From positions 118,420,001 to 118,484,000 of the forward strand of contig NC_042997.1 in assembly GCF_006345805.1 (NCBI RefSeq): a DNA stretch of 64,000 bases. The letters run 5' to 3'. Both the position numbers and the translations under genes were made by a program. A model generated the notes under the pieces. The model saw only the letters and a program-made list of their open reading frames with translations, did not search any database and was not told the origin of the DNA. Positions 26,898 through 39,800 of this stretch are shown here, piece by piece; the first letter of the stretch is position 1, and each line of letters starts with the position of its first letter. This stretch comes from Octopus sinensis. Taxonomy: Eukaryota.

Positions 26898-27220
26898 CAG
26901 TGGCGGACTGGGTCTAAAAATACCCGCCACTACAAGGGACCCCACCTGCAACTATATGGGGGCCCACCCGCAACTACAAGGGAGTCCACTTGCAACTACA
27001 ATGCTATCATTTAATTATTTTTTTGTTAAAAGTATTCTTTTTAACTGTCTTCAAACACAGCCAGGCTGAAATAACGCATTCTTCCAGGAGTGAATATAAA
27101 ATTCTCGGACTTGAGGGGATGGGCCTCTTAGATACTAACATGAGCCCCCATATATGGATTCCGATGTGCAGAGACCCACTCACCGTCGGGCAAACTGGCA
27201 ACCTGGGCAGTCCACCACTG
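26898..27220. mobile_element. hAT-type MITE
   Basis: 13-bp TIRs cagtggcggactg / cagtccaccactg (1 mismatch) and an 8-bp TSD ggattttc / ggcttttc. Short subterminal actacaaggg repeats are present. Confidence 0.8.
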
Positions 27221-27497
27221 GGCTTTTCTGTGAATGCCATCCAGGATATCTGCAAGTGTAGAAGTAGTGTGGAACGATGGTGGTAGGGACCCATCTACGC
27301 TTTCCTCATATTTGACTGGTACGTGGTTCGGTGATACTTTCTTGATAAGAGTAGTAGATTGTATTTAAAAAAATTTTTCTGGCATTTGAAAGAGAGAAAA
27401 TTGGCTCATGGCCCCCACTGGGAAATGCTTCGCTGTTCTTGTTAAATGCCTCGAAACCTCTAGCTTCTATACACAGAGTATAAATTCGCATTTATAC

Positions 27498-27614
27498 CAA
27501 TAATAATTGGTGCTCTTGGTTTATGAGTAAATTTATGAATAAATGATAGTCTGCATAAGCTTGGGTTTCATGAAACAGAAACCATCCAACTAACAGGCAC
27601 AATACAAATACAAT
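27498..27614 (-). CDS. Candidate exon 2 encoding a signal-peptide-like segment (IVFVLCLLVGWFLFHETQAYADYHLFINLLINQEHQLLL)
   Basis: Strong acceptor ttttactgttcttctttcag and a single open frame with a hydrophobic core. The donor ttg|gtataa is weak, and an in-frame stop follows if unspliced. Confidence 0.45.
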
Positions 27615-28435
27615 CTGAAAGAAGAACAGTAAAAAAGTTTCTCAAGTTTCTGAAGTATTAAATATGAATTAGTTTCGTTATCTGCGCTCCAGCAATTGAG
27701 CAGTGCATTCTTGTTAAAACCTGCTCCTCCCTTAAAGGAAGACTTCAAATGATTGAAATGAGAATTGAACACACCAACATATATATCCATATGCACACAT
27801 ACACACTAACACACATATATAGCTGCACGCAAACATATTATGATTGTATTTTATATTGAAAATATTTCGTGATTAATAGCTTTAAAGTTATGTTGACATG
27901 TTACATAATGCATTCATATGTTTGCACATTACGTTAGCATTCTTGAATCTATAGTTACAAAGATTTACATGAACTTTTGTAGTCTTCATTTCTTTAAATT
28001 CAGTTAGTGTTTACGATATTGTGTAGCCTTTTATGTCTGTCTTTCTTACTAATCTCTCTTTTGTTTTTCATATAGAAAACCATGGTTTTCTTACACAGTT
28101 ACATTCAGCTCTTAATCTTAAAATCTTAAACACATTATGTCTAAGAGAGGCAGCTGAAGCTGCAGTGAATTCAGACTGTCTAAAATGTTAGTTATCACTC
28201 ACTCTGAAATGCAAATGACCAACATGAGGCAAATTTTTAACAGCGATTGTCAGATGTCATATGCACGGTTTCCTATCCTGTAATTAATTCATAGTAAATA
28301 TATTGGGTTGGAGTTGGTGAATTCCATATTCTTAAATGTTAAGAAAGCCACTGAAGATTGAGAAGCTATTATTTTGTTCCTGGTTAGCTCCGGCTTAGTG
28401 GACCTAAAATCATACATATTTCAAGATAGACAGTC

Positions 28436-28640
28436 ACAAGGCGACGAGCTGGCAGAAACGTTAGCACCCCGGGCGAAATGCTTAGCGGCATTTCGTCTGC
28501 CGAGGTCGACTTTGCCTTTCATCCTTTCCGGGACGATAAATTAAGTACCAGTTACGCACTAGAGTCGATGGAATCGATTTAATCCGTTTGTCTGTCTTTG
28601 TTTGTCCCTTCTATGTTTAGCCCTTTCTGGGCAATAAAGA
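28436..28640 (+). mobile_element. Family-A tRNA-derived SINE
   Basis: aggcgacgagctggcagaaacgttagcac...ataaagaaataag. Confidence 0.85.
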
Positions 28641-29025
28641 AATAAGATTGACAGTCATACCTTTTCGAACATACTTTATTTCATACTAGATTACCAAATG
28701 TTATTCGCGTTACTAGAGCGTATGCTGCAAAACGAGGGTGATTTTCCTAGTATTTCTAAGAGTTAAACGACTACATATACACTGCTTCGTTGTTTTGACA
28801 TTATTAATTAAGTTAGTCGGATGGATCCCATTAATCATCAATCAAAGATATGAATCTTTTGTGTGTTGTGTAGTGCTCCCACTTTTGAAGACGTGACACT
28901 GCGGCGGCTACGTTAATTATACACAGGCGAGGAATTAGGCTTGTAGCGGCACAAGCAGCCAGCGCTATATTGGAAGAGATCTCGCAGCAGCCATTGCCAT
29001 CTCCAAGACTGGAGCGAGACCTCAC

Positions 29026-29240
29026 CTGCATCGATTTTCCATGCGCGAGATCACAGCGAGGCTCGCGATAGAAAATAACTATATAAAGAGTAAACCGATT
29101 CAGACATCTCTTCTTCGGCGCCACTACACAGCAGCACTGGCTGATCACCGCCACTGGCAGAGTTTTTTTTCTGCCTGTCTATCGCCAGAGGTAATGCGCC
29201 CACACTATCGTAGCTTAAGATGGTAGCTGAGAGCAGCACA
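29026..29240 (-). other. Candidate first exon (CpG-rich 5'UTR ending ATG CAG|gtgagg)
   Basis: Locally CpG-rich, non-repetitive-looking sequence. ATG at 29031-29029 is followed by a canonical donor in phase with exon 27498-27614. The 5' boundary is uncertain. Confidence 0.35.
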
Positions 29241-30547
29241 CTGTAAATAAACCTGTTGTAAATAGCATTTGTCTTTTCTCTTCGCATGCTGGAAGCTTGA
29301 ACTACACGATGAAGAAAAGAAAGAAGGAAGGATACGATATTCTTCCAATATCGTAAACCTTGCCTTCCATTATTAAAAATGGTGACCCCTGACGTAGAAA
29401 AGGTTGCCATCCATTATAGGCTGAATCAAAATATAAATGCTTTGAACATTACAAAGTTATTAATATGATTCGAACATTCGATCCTTCGTATGGTAAAGTG
29501 AATTTTCTAAATTCCTCGTATCATAGCTCTGCAAATTTACATTAAATGTTTCCTGTTTAAACTTCCAAAAATTCACAATAGCAAAATTTCTATTTTATAT
29601 TTATTGTTGATAATATCTGTAACTTTTTTTTGGATTGATAATCTTTACATTAAGCAAACGACCTCCCGAAAGGAGATACCATGAGTGAAATTCAGGTTTT
29701 ATTGTTGTGTCTCTGAATGAAGATGTTTATTTTTAAAAATAACAATATCATGTTGGAATCACTTGAGAGTTAATATGACATGAGTCATGCGAAGAATATT
29801 TCGGTACGTCCACAAAATCAGATTATATTAGTCTCTTAGGATTATCATATCTAGTATTATTCTTGACAGCATGTAATAAATTTAATCCATAATTCTCAAC
29901 CAAGGTTTCTTAGGTACAATGAAATACAAATCGTAATTCAGGACTTTAACTTGATTTAAAACTTTCTATTTTGCAGTTGGTTTCTTTCACGATGCATGGA
30001 CCATTTCTCATGAGTAAAAATGGAGAAAATTTGTGGAAGTGCTGCATTCGGTTTATAATTAACTCTGAATTCTTTAGATTAATAATTGGCAGTATACATC
30101 CATACATACATACATACATACATACATACATACATACATACATACATACATACATACATACATACATACATACAAGCATGTCTAGATATGCCAGTATATA
30201 CATAAGACATACACAAAGCAAAGCATATAAATCTGCACCTATACATACATACAAACACACATACATATATACACACACACATACATACATACATAATACA
30301 TACATACATACATACATACATACATACATACATACATACATACATACATACATACATTGATTCATACAGGCATAAAACCTTGTTGCTGTTGTTGAAATTC
30401 CAATTAAGGAGGCTTGGATCTAGGTTAGAAGCCGGCTCCTTCTCTATTAACAAGAGATCTTGAAATAAAATTGAATAACGATATACATACATACGTTCAG
30501 GTGTGCATACCTGCATACATTGATACATCCATCCATCCATCAATCGG

Positions 30548-30581
<34 letters not shown>

Positions 30582-30708
30582 TGTATGTATGTATGTATGT
30601 ATGTATGTATGTATGTATGTATGTATGCATGTATGTGTGTATGTATGTATGAATGCATGCATGTATGTGTGTATTCGTTCAACGAATTGTACACATGTTA
30701 ATATGTGC

Positions 30709-30750
30709 CTGACGAAGATTAATTAAATCTGAAATCAGCGCTGATATGGC
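30709..30750 (+). ncRNA. Hammerhead-like core with broken helix I
   Basis: Reads CUGACGA-AGAUU-aauua-AAUCU-GAA-AUCAGCGCUGAU-A, with a 12-nt palindromic helix III. Helix I is not paired. Confidence 0.4.
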
Positions 30751-30911
30751 TCCATCTCGCTTGTCGTGGATGCGGGAGCACATCTCCTTTGCCAGTCATT
30801 AGAAAGTGCTCTCACTTGGGTAAGAGTTGTTTTGACTTTTATTTCTAGCAATGCTGGTGCTTGCTAGCAGCCTCCTTCACTTTAGTGACGACTATACTTG
30901 TTGTCTTTTTA

Positions 30912-32272
30912 TACAAAACAATGGAAACATCTAGGATCATAGCATAATAAATTTGAAATATCTTTAAAACCGTCAAATCTTGTTTATTTTTATGTTTTTT
31001 GATTTATTATAAGTGTTGCTTATTTTGTTCTGCTAAAATTACTGTTTCTTTTCAGATATCACCAGAAAAAGGTAATTAAAATTCATTAAAATGATAGATC
31101 TATCGGACTTTAAAAGAGGTCAAATTCTTGGTGCTGTTATGGCAGGCGCTAGCGTAACGAAGCAGCCAAAATGTTTGGTGTATCAAGAAGTACTGTCTCG
31201 AAAGCAATGAAAGCCTTTGAAAAAGAAGAACAAACCTCCTCGTCGAAACACAATTCCGGAAGAAAACCAAAACTTACAGATAGGGACCGTCGGACTCTTA
31301 CGCGAATTGTTAGGAAGGATCACAAAAGTACTGCTTTCAAAATTACTGTAGAGCTTAATGACCACCTCGAGAACCCAGTTTCCTCAAAAACAGTACGCAC
31401 AAAGCCAGATTTCACAGGAGGGCTGCAATCAGAAAATCACTACTTTCGAAAACAAATGCTGTAAAGCGTTCAGAGTGGTGTAAAAACCTACAGAATTGGT
31501 CCCTAGGACAGTGGAAGTATGTTATTTTCTCGGACGAGTCATCCTTTACCTTATTTCCGACCACCGGCAGAGTATACGTGGGGAGACAGCCAAAAAATCA
31601 TTTAACTACATTTTTTCCAACTGTTAAACATAGAGGAGGATCTGTGATGATCTTGTAATTGTAAATCCGCCGGCCCTATTTTTTCCGTTCATGGCAGAAT
31701 AAATATTCAAGTCTGTTTAAGCATTTTATCTGATGATCAAATACGTCCTATGGTTGCGGAACTGTTTCGGTACGTCCACAAAATCAGATTATATTAGTCT
31801 CTTAGGATTATCATATCTAGTATTATTCTTGACAGCATGTAATAAATTTAATCCATAATTCTCAACCAAGGTTTCTTAGGTACTCTTCCTACAATGAAAT
31901 ACAAATCGTAATTCAGGACTTTAACTTTCAGGATGATAATGCCCCAATTCACACAGTTAAGTTGTTACTGAATGGCACGAGTTGAATGTCTTATCTGGCT
32001 ACAGTCCCCAGATCTCAATATTATTGAACATTTATGGTGCATTTTAGAAAAAAACAAGTAAGGAGTCGATATTCTCCACCATTGTCACTACTAGAACTGG
32101 AAACTGTTTTAGCTGAAGAATGGACAAAAAGCCCTTTGGAAACAATTCAAACTTTGTACGAGTCCAGACTTCGTAGAATTCAAGCTGCAATTACTGCCAA
32201 AGATGGTCCTACCCCATATTAAAATACATTTGTTTGAAATTTTAAGGTGTTTACATTATTTTGTCCAACCCC

Positions 32273-32273
<1 letters not shown>
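30912..32273 (+). mobile_element. Tc1-family DNA transposon relic
   Basis: Frameshifted transposase from ATG 31091: GRKPKLT, VIFSDES, FQDDNAPIH and QSPDLNIIEHLW. The 3' TIR attattttgtccaacccc is followed by TA. Confidence 0.92.
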
Positions 32274-32354
<81 letters not shown>

Positions 32355-32659
32355 ATGCGTACACATATATATATACACACACACAGGCACAAACACAGGC
32401 ACATAAACACACACATGAACACACATATCTGTCATTGTATATCATATATAACGCTCATTTAGATATTTCTATTATGTAAAGCATCCTAAGAATCGTGTCG
32501 TATTCTCTTATGTATTTTGCTGTCTCAATATCTGTTGCAATCTGAGTTGACTTATGAAATTCCTTACTAAATGTTTTCCAATTTTGGAACAAGGCCAGCA
32601 ATTTGTATCGTTCCCTGTACGACTTGACTGGTACTTTATTTTATCGATTCTAAAAGGAT

Positions 32660-33170
32660 GAATCGAAATGACGACCTCGTTGGCATTTGAATCAGGATGT
32701 AGAAGGACTGTCGCAAAGCACTTTGTCCGACGCACTAACGAGTCTACCTACACGTTGCTCTTGGTGACACTTTGTCTCCAACAATTCGGTGCGACACCAG
32801 TGCAGAATCACCTTCCTCCAACAATTCATCCTAACGAGACGTCTGTGTTGGCTGGGTCATGCCCTCCGTCGTCAACCAGGAGAATTCATCTACGAAGCAA
32901 TTTCCCCAGCTCCCCTTCAGGGTTGGCGAAAGCGATGTGGTGGACAACGAAAAACCTGGCTGATGACAGTCAAGGCTGATCTGGAACCCAACCTAGGACC
33001 CCATGTCTACGGCGTTCGCCGCTAGAATAAGGAGTGGTTGGAGATCACGCGGTCGTTAGCCTCAAATCGCCATGCCTGGTCGGCGTTTGTGAGAGATGCA
33101 GCATTGAGGATGAATGAAGCCAGCTCAACCCACCCCGGGTGAATGTTGTCTCAAGTCAAGTCAAGTTGCT
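32660..33170 (+). mobile_element. RTE-clade LINE 3' fragment
   Basis: RRLCWLGHALRR...GGQRKTWLMTVKADL, followed by a (caagt)n tail. Confidence 0.85.
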
Positions 33171-33311
33171 CTTGGTGATTATTCGGATAATGATGCCAGC
33201 TGGTCCCAAATGCGGATAAATTCTTTCGACGGATGCCAAGTTTACTGCGAAGAAAAAAGGAATATGTGTGGTTTTCATGCATTTCTTTAAAATACATATT
33301 TGCGATTTATG

Positions 33312-33600
33312 TGAAGGCGCGTAGCGTAGTGGTTAGAGTATTGCACTCAAGATCGCTACATCACGGTTTCGAATGCCCGACCAGCTCGCGCGTTGTGGTC
33401 GTGAGCAAAAAAACTTCATTTGCACGTTGTTCTAGTCCATTTAACCGTGAATAAGGAACCCTGTAACGGAATCGGCTTCCGATTAAGTGGTATGTTGACC
33501 TGCTCGTCTAGCTAGGTGAGTGGCATAATTCGAAAGCGAAAACAATGCAATGCGCTCTGTGACCAGCGATGTGTAACAATAGTCTAATCGATTCCGTAAT
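33312..33600 (+). mobile_element. tRNA-derived SINE
   Basis: A box ggcgcgtagcgtagtggttaga and B box ggtttcgaatgcc. Confidence 0.7.
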
Positions 33601-34558
33601 AACGCGATTCGTGATGTGCGTGAAATGGACACACACAAATTAATCTATTCATTTCTTGGTAGATAATCTTTGTCATACGGCGATTTCTTCATATTCGACA
33701 CCCAAAGAGGCCGGCTGTCTGCTTCACATTCATTGAATTCAAAAGTATAAAACTACTACTTTACACATTATTGCTTCGTTGTAATTTATATTTCACTTAG
33801 ATTATGATTTCTATTGTAACACATGCTTCAGATGTTTACCCTGAATCCTTTGTGTTGAACGTGTAGATAGCCAGATCCAATGACGGAAGATATAATAATT
33901 GCCACTATCTGTCACAACAGCGTGTGAGATTAGAGTTAGCTATCGAATTTTGATCTTCAAGGCAAGGTTAATGGCATTAACTTTCATAGAAGTCGTAATA
34001 ATCAAAATGTATCTTCGTTTGGAAATTTCCACAATTCTGTGTCTCTTATCTACGAAATCCCACTTTTGTTTCGTGGTTGAATGCATTTAGCAATGCTGAA
34101 AGGTAAGCTATTTGAAATAACTGAAATTAGATTGAATCAATGTAATAAAGATTTAGAATATGAAATTCTAATAGATGACGTCAGTAAAATGAATAATAAA
34201 TATTAGACAAAATAAGCAGGAAACATAAACATATGCTGTATGTACGTTTCTCGCCCTTTCCTGTATCACCTAAATTATATACGGATGAAAGTGAAGGAAC
34301 TATATCTCTACACTGAATATTTTGGTCAGTACTTTGCACCGAAACTTGTTATACTCAGCACACGAGGAAAAGATGTACGGCAAAAAGAAAAATGTCTTTA
34401 GAAATAGCAATTAAATCTTCTCTGTGTTAACACAAATGCAACTGATTGAATAATGGAATAAAATATTGGATGATAATCTACAAGATTAATTACTTGTAGG
34501 GAGTCTGTAGTTTTATAGAAAACCTGTAAAAATAATCATATGCGAGGAAGTGCGTGAC

Positions 34559-34587
<29 letters not shown>

Positions 34588-34596
<9 letters not shown>

Positions 34597-35375
34597 ATTA
34601 TTTCTAAAACTCTCAAAGAGAGATGTTCAGTAACAGCTCTTTAAAGTAAAGGCTATTTGCCAACATAATGTGGCTGTCCTGGAAAGGACGATTCTTACTG
34701 TTGTTTACCACCCAGTAAACATCGTTTCCAGCTGGCTACACGATATCTGTGTCCTTTATTTTCGATTAGGGAGTCTAGTACCCCCATTCAGCACAAAGCA
34801 ACATCTATGGATAGGTTTCTGTGATATTGCTCTGTATCAACACAGAGCAGCTGCTTGGCTAGATGGCTTTGCTGAATTCCCGTTCGAAAATATATAGTTT
34901 TCAGAGTGACACACAGCGACTGATCTAATAAATAGAAACATTACTATTTCTAAATCTTTAAAGTAAAAGTTATTTGCCAACACAATGTGGTTGTCCTGGA
35001 AGGGACGATTTTACTACTGCTTGGCCCCAGGAAGCATCGCTTGCGGCTGGCTATACGACATACTATCCTAAAATTTTCGAATATGTTGTCCAATACCCGC
35101 CATCTAGCACAAAGCAACATCTGTGAATAGGTTTATGGAGCTAAAAGAGAGTAACAATCGGCCCTTCCAGGAAAGTCACATTATTTTTACAAATAGCTTT
35201 TACTTTAAAGAACTGTTACTGAATATCTCTCTTTGAGAGATTTAGAAATAATAATGTTTCTATATATTAAATCAGGTACTGTGTGTCACTTTGAAAACTA
35301 TATATTTTCGAAGGGAATTCAAGCAACGCCACCTAGCCAAGCAGCTGCGAGACATCATTAAGTTCTTTAAGGAGA
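34588..35375. repeat. Three partial copies (two direct, one inverted) of the ~357-nt retrozyme-like family
   Basis: 34588-34830 and 34925-35135 are direct repeats, and 35140-35265 is their reverse complement. All align with 42548-42790. Confidence 0.75.
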
Positions 35376-36705
35376 AAGGGAGCGCATATTTTAGGTGATA
35401 TATATATATATATATATATATATCAGCAAAAGCTCTTCCACTGTGGTATTTCTTTTTTGTAAATTTCATTGTTTGTATTACTGCACTTTGTTTGCCCAAA
35501 CCGTTCAAGATATCTCTTCATTGTATTTGTTATCATCCACGGTCGCTTTTCCGGGGTCTCGAAATCCATTCTGGAAGTATTTTTGTACATTTTTTGTACA
35601 ATCTGTTCAAAAATTTCCTACTATTAGAATTGTTACTTCAGTATCTTGAACAAGGTTATTAGTTCTGTCAAAATCAAGTATCTCTAAGTATGAATCAAAT
35701 ATCGTTGGAGACATGTCTTTCCGAGCAGATTAGATTGTGAAAAACATCCCATGTGATACACTTACAAAAATCAATCATTCTAGTCAGTTTCTATAATGAA
35801 TAATTCACTTTCACCAAAAATCGAAATATATAAAGATATTTTAGGCAGAGAAATCATATTACAAGCGTTATCTTAACGTCTCTGTTTATAATTAGATTGA
35901 AATGTAAAATTAGCTAAAGCAATTACAATTCCGCTTCTTTTCGCCAACCTTTTGGTATTAATTTTACAATTCCCCTTGCAGTATTTCAAAATTAGCTTGT
36001 TGATTAGCTCTTGTCATTTGTAAAAAAAAATCCTCAAGCATTTTTACTTTCATTTAAAATTAAATCTAGAACATTTTATATTAGTTTACAAAAAATAAAT
36101 AGATAAATAAAGAAAATCTAAAAAAAAAAGAAAAGCAAATTTCGTTCGATAAACCAAAATAAACGAATAAACAAATAAAAGATGTTATTTTTGCCACAAG
36201 GTAAGAATTTTGTAAAGTTTAAAATAATAATAAGAAAACGAAAAATCAATAACTTCGAACACAATCAATGCTTTTCTCCCCTAAGGCACGAAAACATTCA
36301 ATGTTTCAGATCTGACATGAGAACGGTTGAAGAAAAGAATAATATTAAGTAAAAGTTGTAATTATAGAGAGTTTATATTTAAGTGAAAATTTATTTTCTT
36401 TTAAAAGTTTACGAAGGAATGTGGGTTGATGATACGAAATAAATTTACGAAATAAATTTACCATTACTAATTAACTGTTTTATACTGAACCCTGCTCTCA
36501 TGAGATAACACGTTGCCTATTTTAAGAGTATATACTAAATGAAATATATAAACTGAGATAATAATAATGAATACGAAAGTTGTGAAACTTTCTGCAAGAT
36601 TTTAATATAATTTCATTGAAATTCCGACTCGCTGCATCACTATTCACACCAGCAGCCACACTCCACGCTCACATAGGTATTTATGTGTATAGCAACAAAT
36701 CAAGG

Positions 36706-36753
<48 letters not shown>

Positions 36754-36812
36754 GTATATAAGTATATATATATGTATATATATATATATGTATATGTATA
36801 TATATATCTATA

Positions 36813-36899
<87 letters not shown>

Positions 36900-39800
36900 T
36901 ATCGACAGATATATCGTTGATTGCTGAAGTATAAAGACGTGCTTTTACTCCTCTCCGCGCCGGTCAGCAGCAAGCTTCACAGCTACATTCGAAATTGACC
37001 ATCACATATATTCCTGTATATTTGAAACCACGCTTTTTCCCAACTCGTGAGTAGACTTTTCTTTAACCACAAACTATTTTCATAATTTTCAAACGACCAA
37101 ATAAACAAAACCACACACTCGTATGAGAGAGTATTCATTTTTCGTCAACACCTTCTGATAACTAAAGGATCACCCACACATTAAAAATTAGAAAAAGAGG
37201 GAAAAAAAGAAAAGAAAAGAAAGATAAAATAACTACAAGCTCATAATTCAAATACAAACTTCTCAGTATTACAGCAAACATTCTGTACAATCTATTCTAC
37301 ATACTTCTCCTTAAAAAAAAATAATTAAAAGTAATCAACAAAACAAACGAACAAAATAACATTTAATAAAACATATCCACCAGAATGGCTAGCCACCAAA
37401 AATCCAACAAAAACGGGTCTGGTAATGAAGTCGACGTTCTTATCAACACATGGCATGGCCTTACCCAAACAGAGAGCATAGGTGCTTCGTGTCTGAACGA
37501 AATTGCTAAACAAACAGTTCACCACTTGCAAGCTCGATCTGAACAGCAGATACAAAATAAATTAAAACAAATCGAAGTTGCTTTTAAATTAATAAATAAA
37601 CACTTCGATAAACTGAGATGTGTTTTCTCTTCGAACGCATCACCGGCGCAACAACAACTACAACAACCTCAACAACAAACTCAGCGGCAACAACAACAAC
37701 AACAGCTACAGCAACAACAACAACTTCAGCAGCAACAACCTCAGCGGCAACAACAACAACCTCAACAACAAACTCAGCGGCAACAACAACAACAACAGCT
37801 ACAGCAACAACAACAACTTCAGCAGCAACAACCTCAGCGGCAACAAAAACAGGATGAACCACTCCTTGATTCATCTACAATGGCCGATTTGCTAAACGAA
37901 ATGATTGACCCCCCAGTCATCAGGGTCACACAGCAGGAAGCACCACCCCTTCCTTTCGCGGCCCCAGCAGCTCAATCATCATCATTGTCAACACCATCTC
38001 CTCTGCTTACTACTACTAGTACTACTCTCACTATGTATCGACAAACATCTTTGTCTACCGCTATCTCATGGAATCGACCTCCTCAATCATTACCACTGTC
38101 AACATCTCTTCTACCTACTACTACTACTACAACTACTACTACTAATGCTATCTCAAGGAATTTACCTCATACAGGTCACAAAGGTCGCCAAAACTTCAAC
38201 AAACTATCATCTACACCTCTCACAACTCACACACACGCACCTACACACCCACTCTAAACCCCATCATTTGCCGATATTCTCTTCGACACAGACTGTGCAC
38301 TGACAGAGACTGCAAATTCACCCATTTACCTGGAACAAAACGCTCTATCCCCACAAACTACAACAGCAACCACCATAATACATACTCTATTACAACACCA
38401 CCACAACCACCAATATCTCAAACAAAGAATCCCCAAATCTGCCGCTATTCCCAGCGAGACAGATTGTTGAAAATGGTACTCTTCAAGACAATGCCAAAAC
38501 CATGGGAGAGATATTGCAGAAACAATATTGCTCTGTTTTCAGCAATCCTGATATGACTGATCTGGGCTGTATCAGTGATGTTACTCCCCAATACACTTTA
38601 TCGGACATAACCTTTGGCGCTCCTGATGTCTTAGCAGCAATAAAGGAAATGAAGCATAATTCAGCAGTAGGTCCCGATAGGTTCCCTGCTTGTGTCTTGA
38701 AGATGTGTCAAAACCAACTTGCACCTAGCCAATATGTGGCAGAACTCACTGGATGCTGGATATATACCAGAAGACCTTCTATCCCAGTCTGTTGTCCCAG
38801 TTTTCAAAAAAGGAATAAAATCGCTTGCCGTGAATTACCGTCCAATCTCACTCACCTCTCATATCATTAAGGTATTTGAGAGAGTGCTGAGATCGCGTAT
38901 GACTCACTTCCTTGAGAGTCATAATATGCTGAACTCCAACCAACATGGATTCCGTAATGGGAGAGATTGCCTGACGCAGCTACTGCATCATTTTGATGAC
39001 ATTTTGAGAGCCTTGGGAAAGGGTTCCAACACTGATGTCATCTACCTTGATTTCAGCAAGGCCTTTGACAGGGTTGATCATAAGATCCTTCTGAGAAAGC
39101 TGTCCAATATTGGTGTCACTGGAAAGCTGCTGCAGTGGATCAAGTGCTTCCTGTCTAACAGAACCCAACATGTTGTAGTCGAAGGAGTCAAATCCAGCCC
39201 AGCCAAAGTCAGCAGTGTTGTCCCACAAGGCACTGTGTTGGGCCCACTTCTCTTCATCATCTACATAAATGATATTACTGACACCATCAAACACAGTAAC
39301 ATCAGAACCTTCGCTGATGATTCCAAGCTCCAGAAGGTCATCAATGGCGTGGATGACCGAATAAGCCTTCAGTCAGACCTACTGGCTGTTGTCCAATGGG
39401 CGGAAAAGAATAACATGTTGCTAAATGAAGACAAATTCGAACTGATCCACTTTGGAAGGGAGGACGCTCTGAAACTCCCATACTCTCTTCCTTCGGAGAA
39501 ATTCTCATGGCATCCAACAACATCAGAGACTTGGGAGTAACAGTGGACAACAACATAAGCTGGGCTACACATATAAGCAACAAAGTTGACATGGCCCGCA
39601 GAATGTGTTCCTGGATTCTCAGAACCTTCCAGTCGAGAGATTCCCGCACTATTATCCTTCTTTTCTCCACATTTGCCCGACCCCACCTTGAATACTGCTG
39701 TCCACTGTGGTCTCCCTACACAAAACAAAATATTATGAGAATTGAAGCTCCCCAAAGGTCAATCACAAAAAAGATAGATGGCATGTCAGACCTTGACTAC

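Noticed and set aside
29051-29410. 119-aa minus-strand ORF
   Set aside because: No recognisable domain. The region is better explained as a 5'UTR or first exon.
33840-33910. Possible exon IVAIIISSVIGSGYL resembling an amino-acid transporter TM1
   Set aside because: The similarity is short, no neighbouring exons were found, and it is probably chance.
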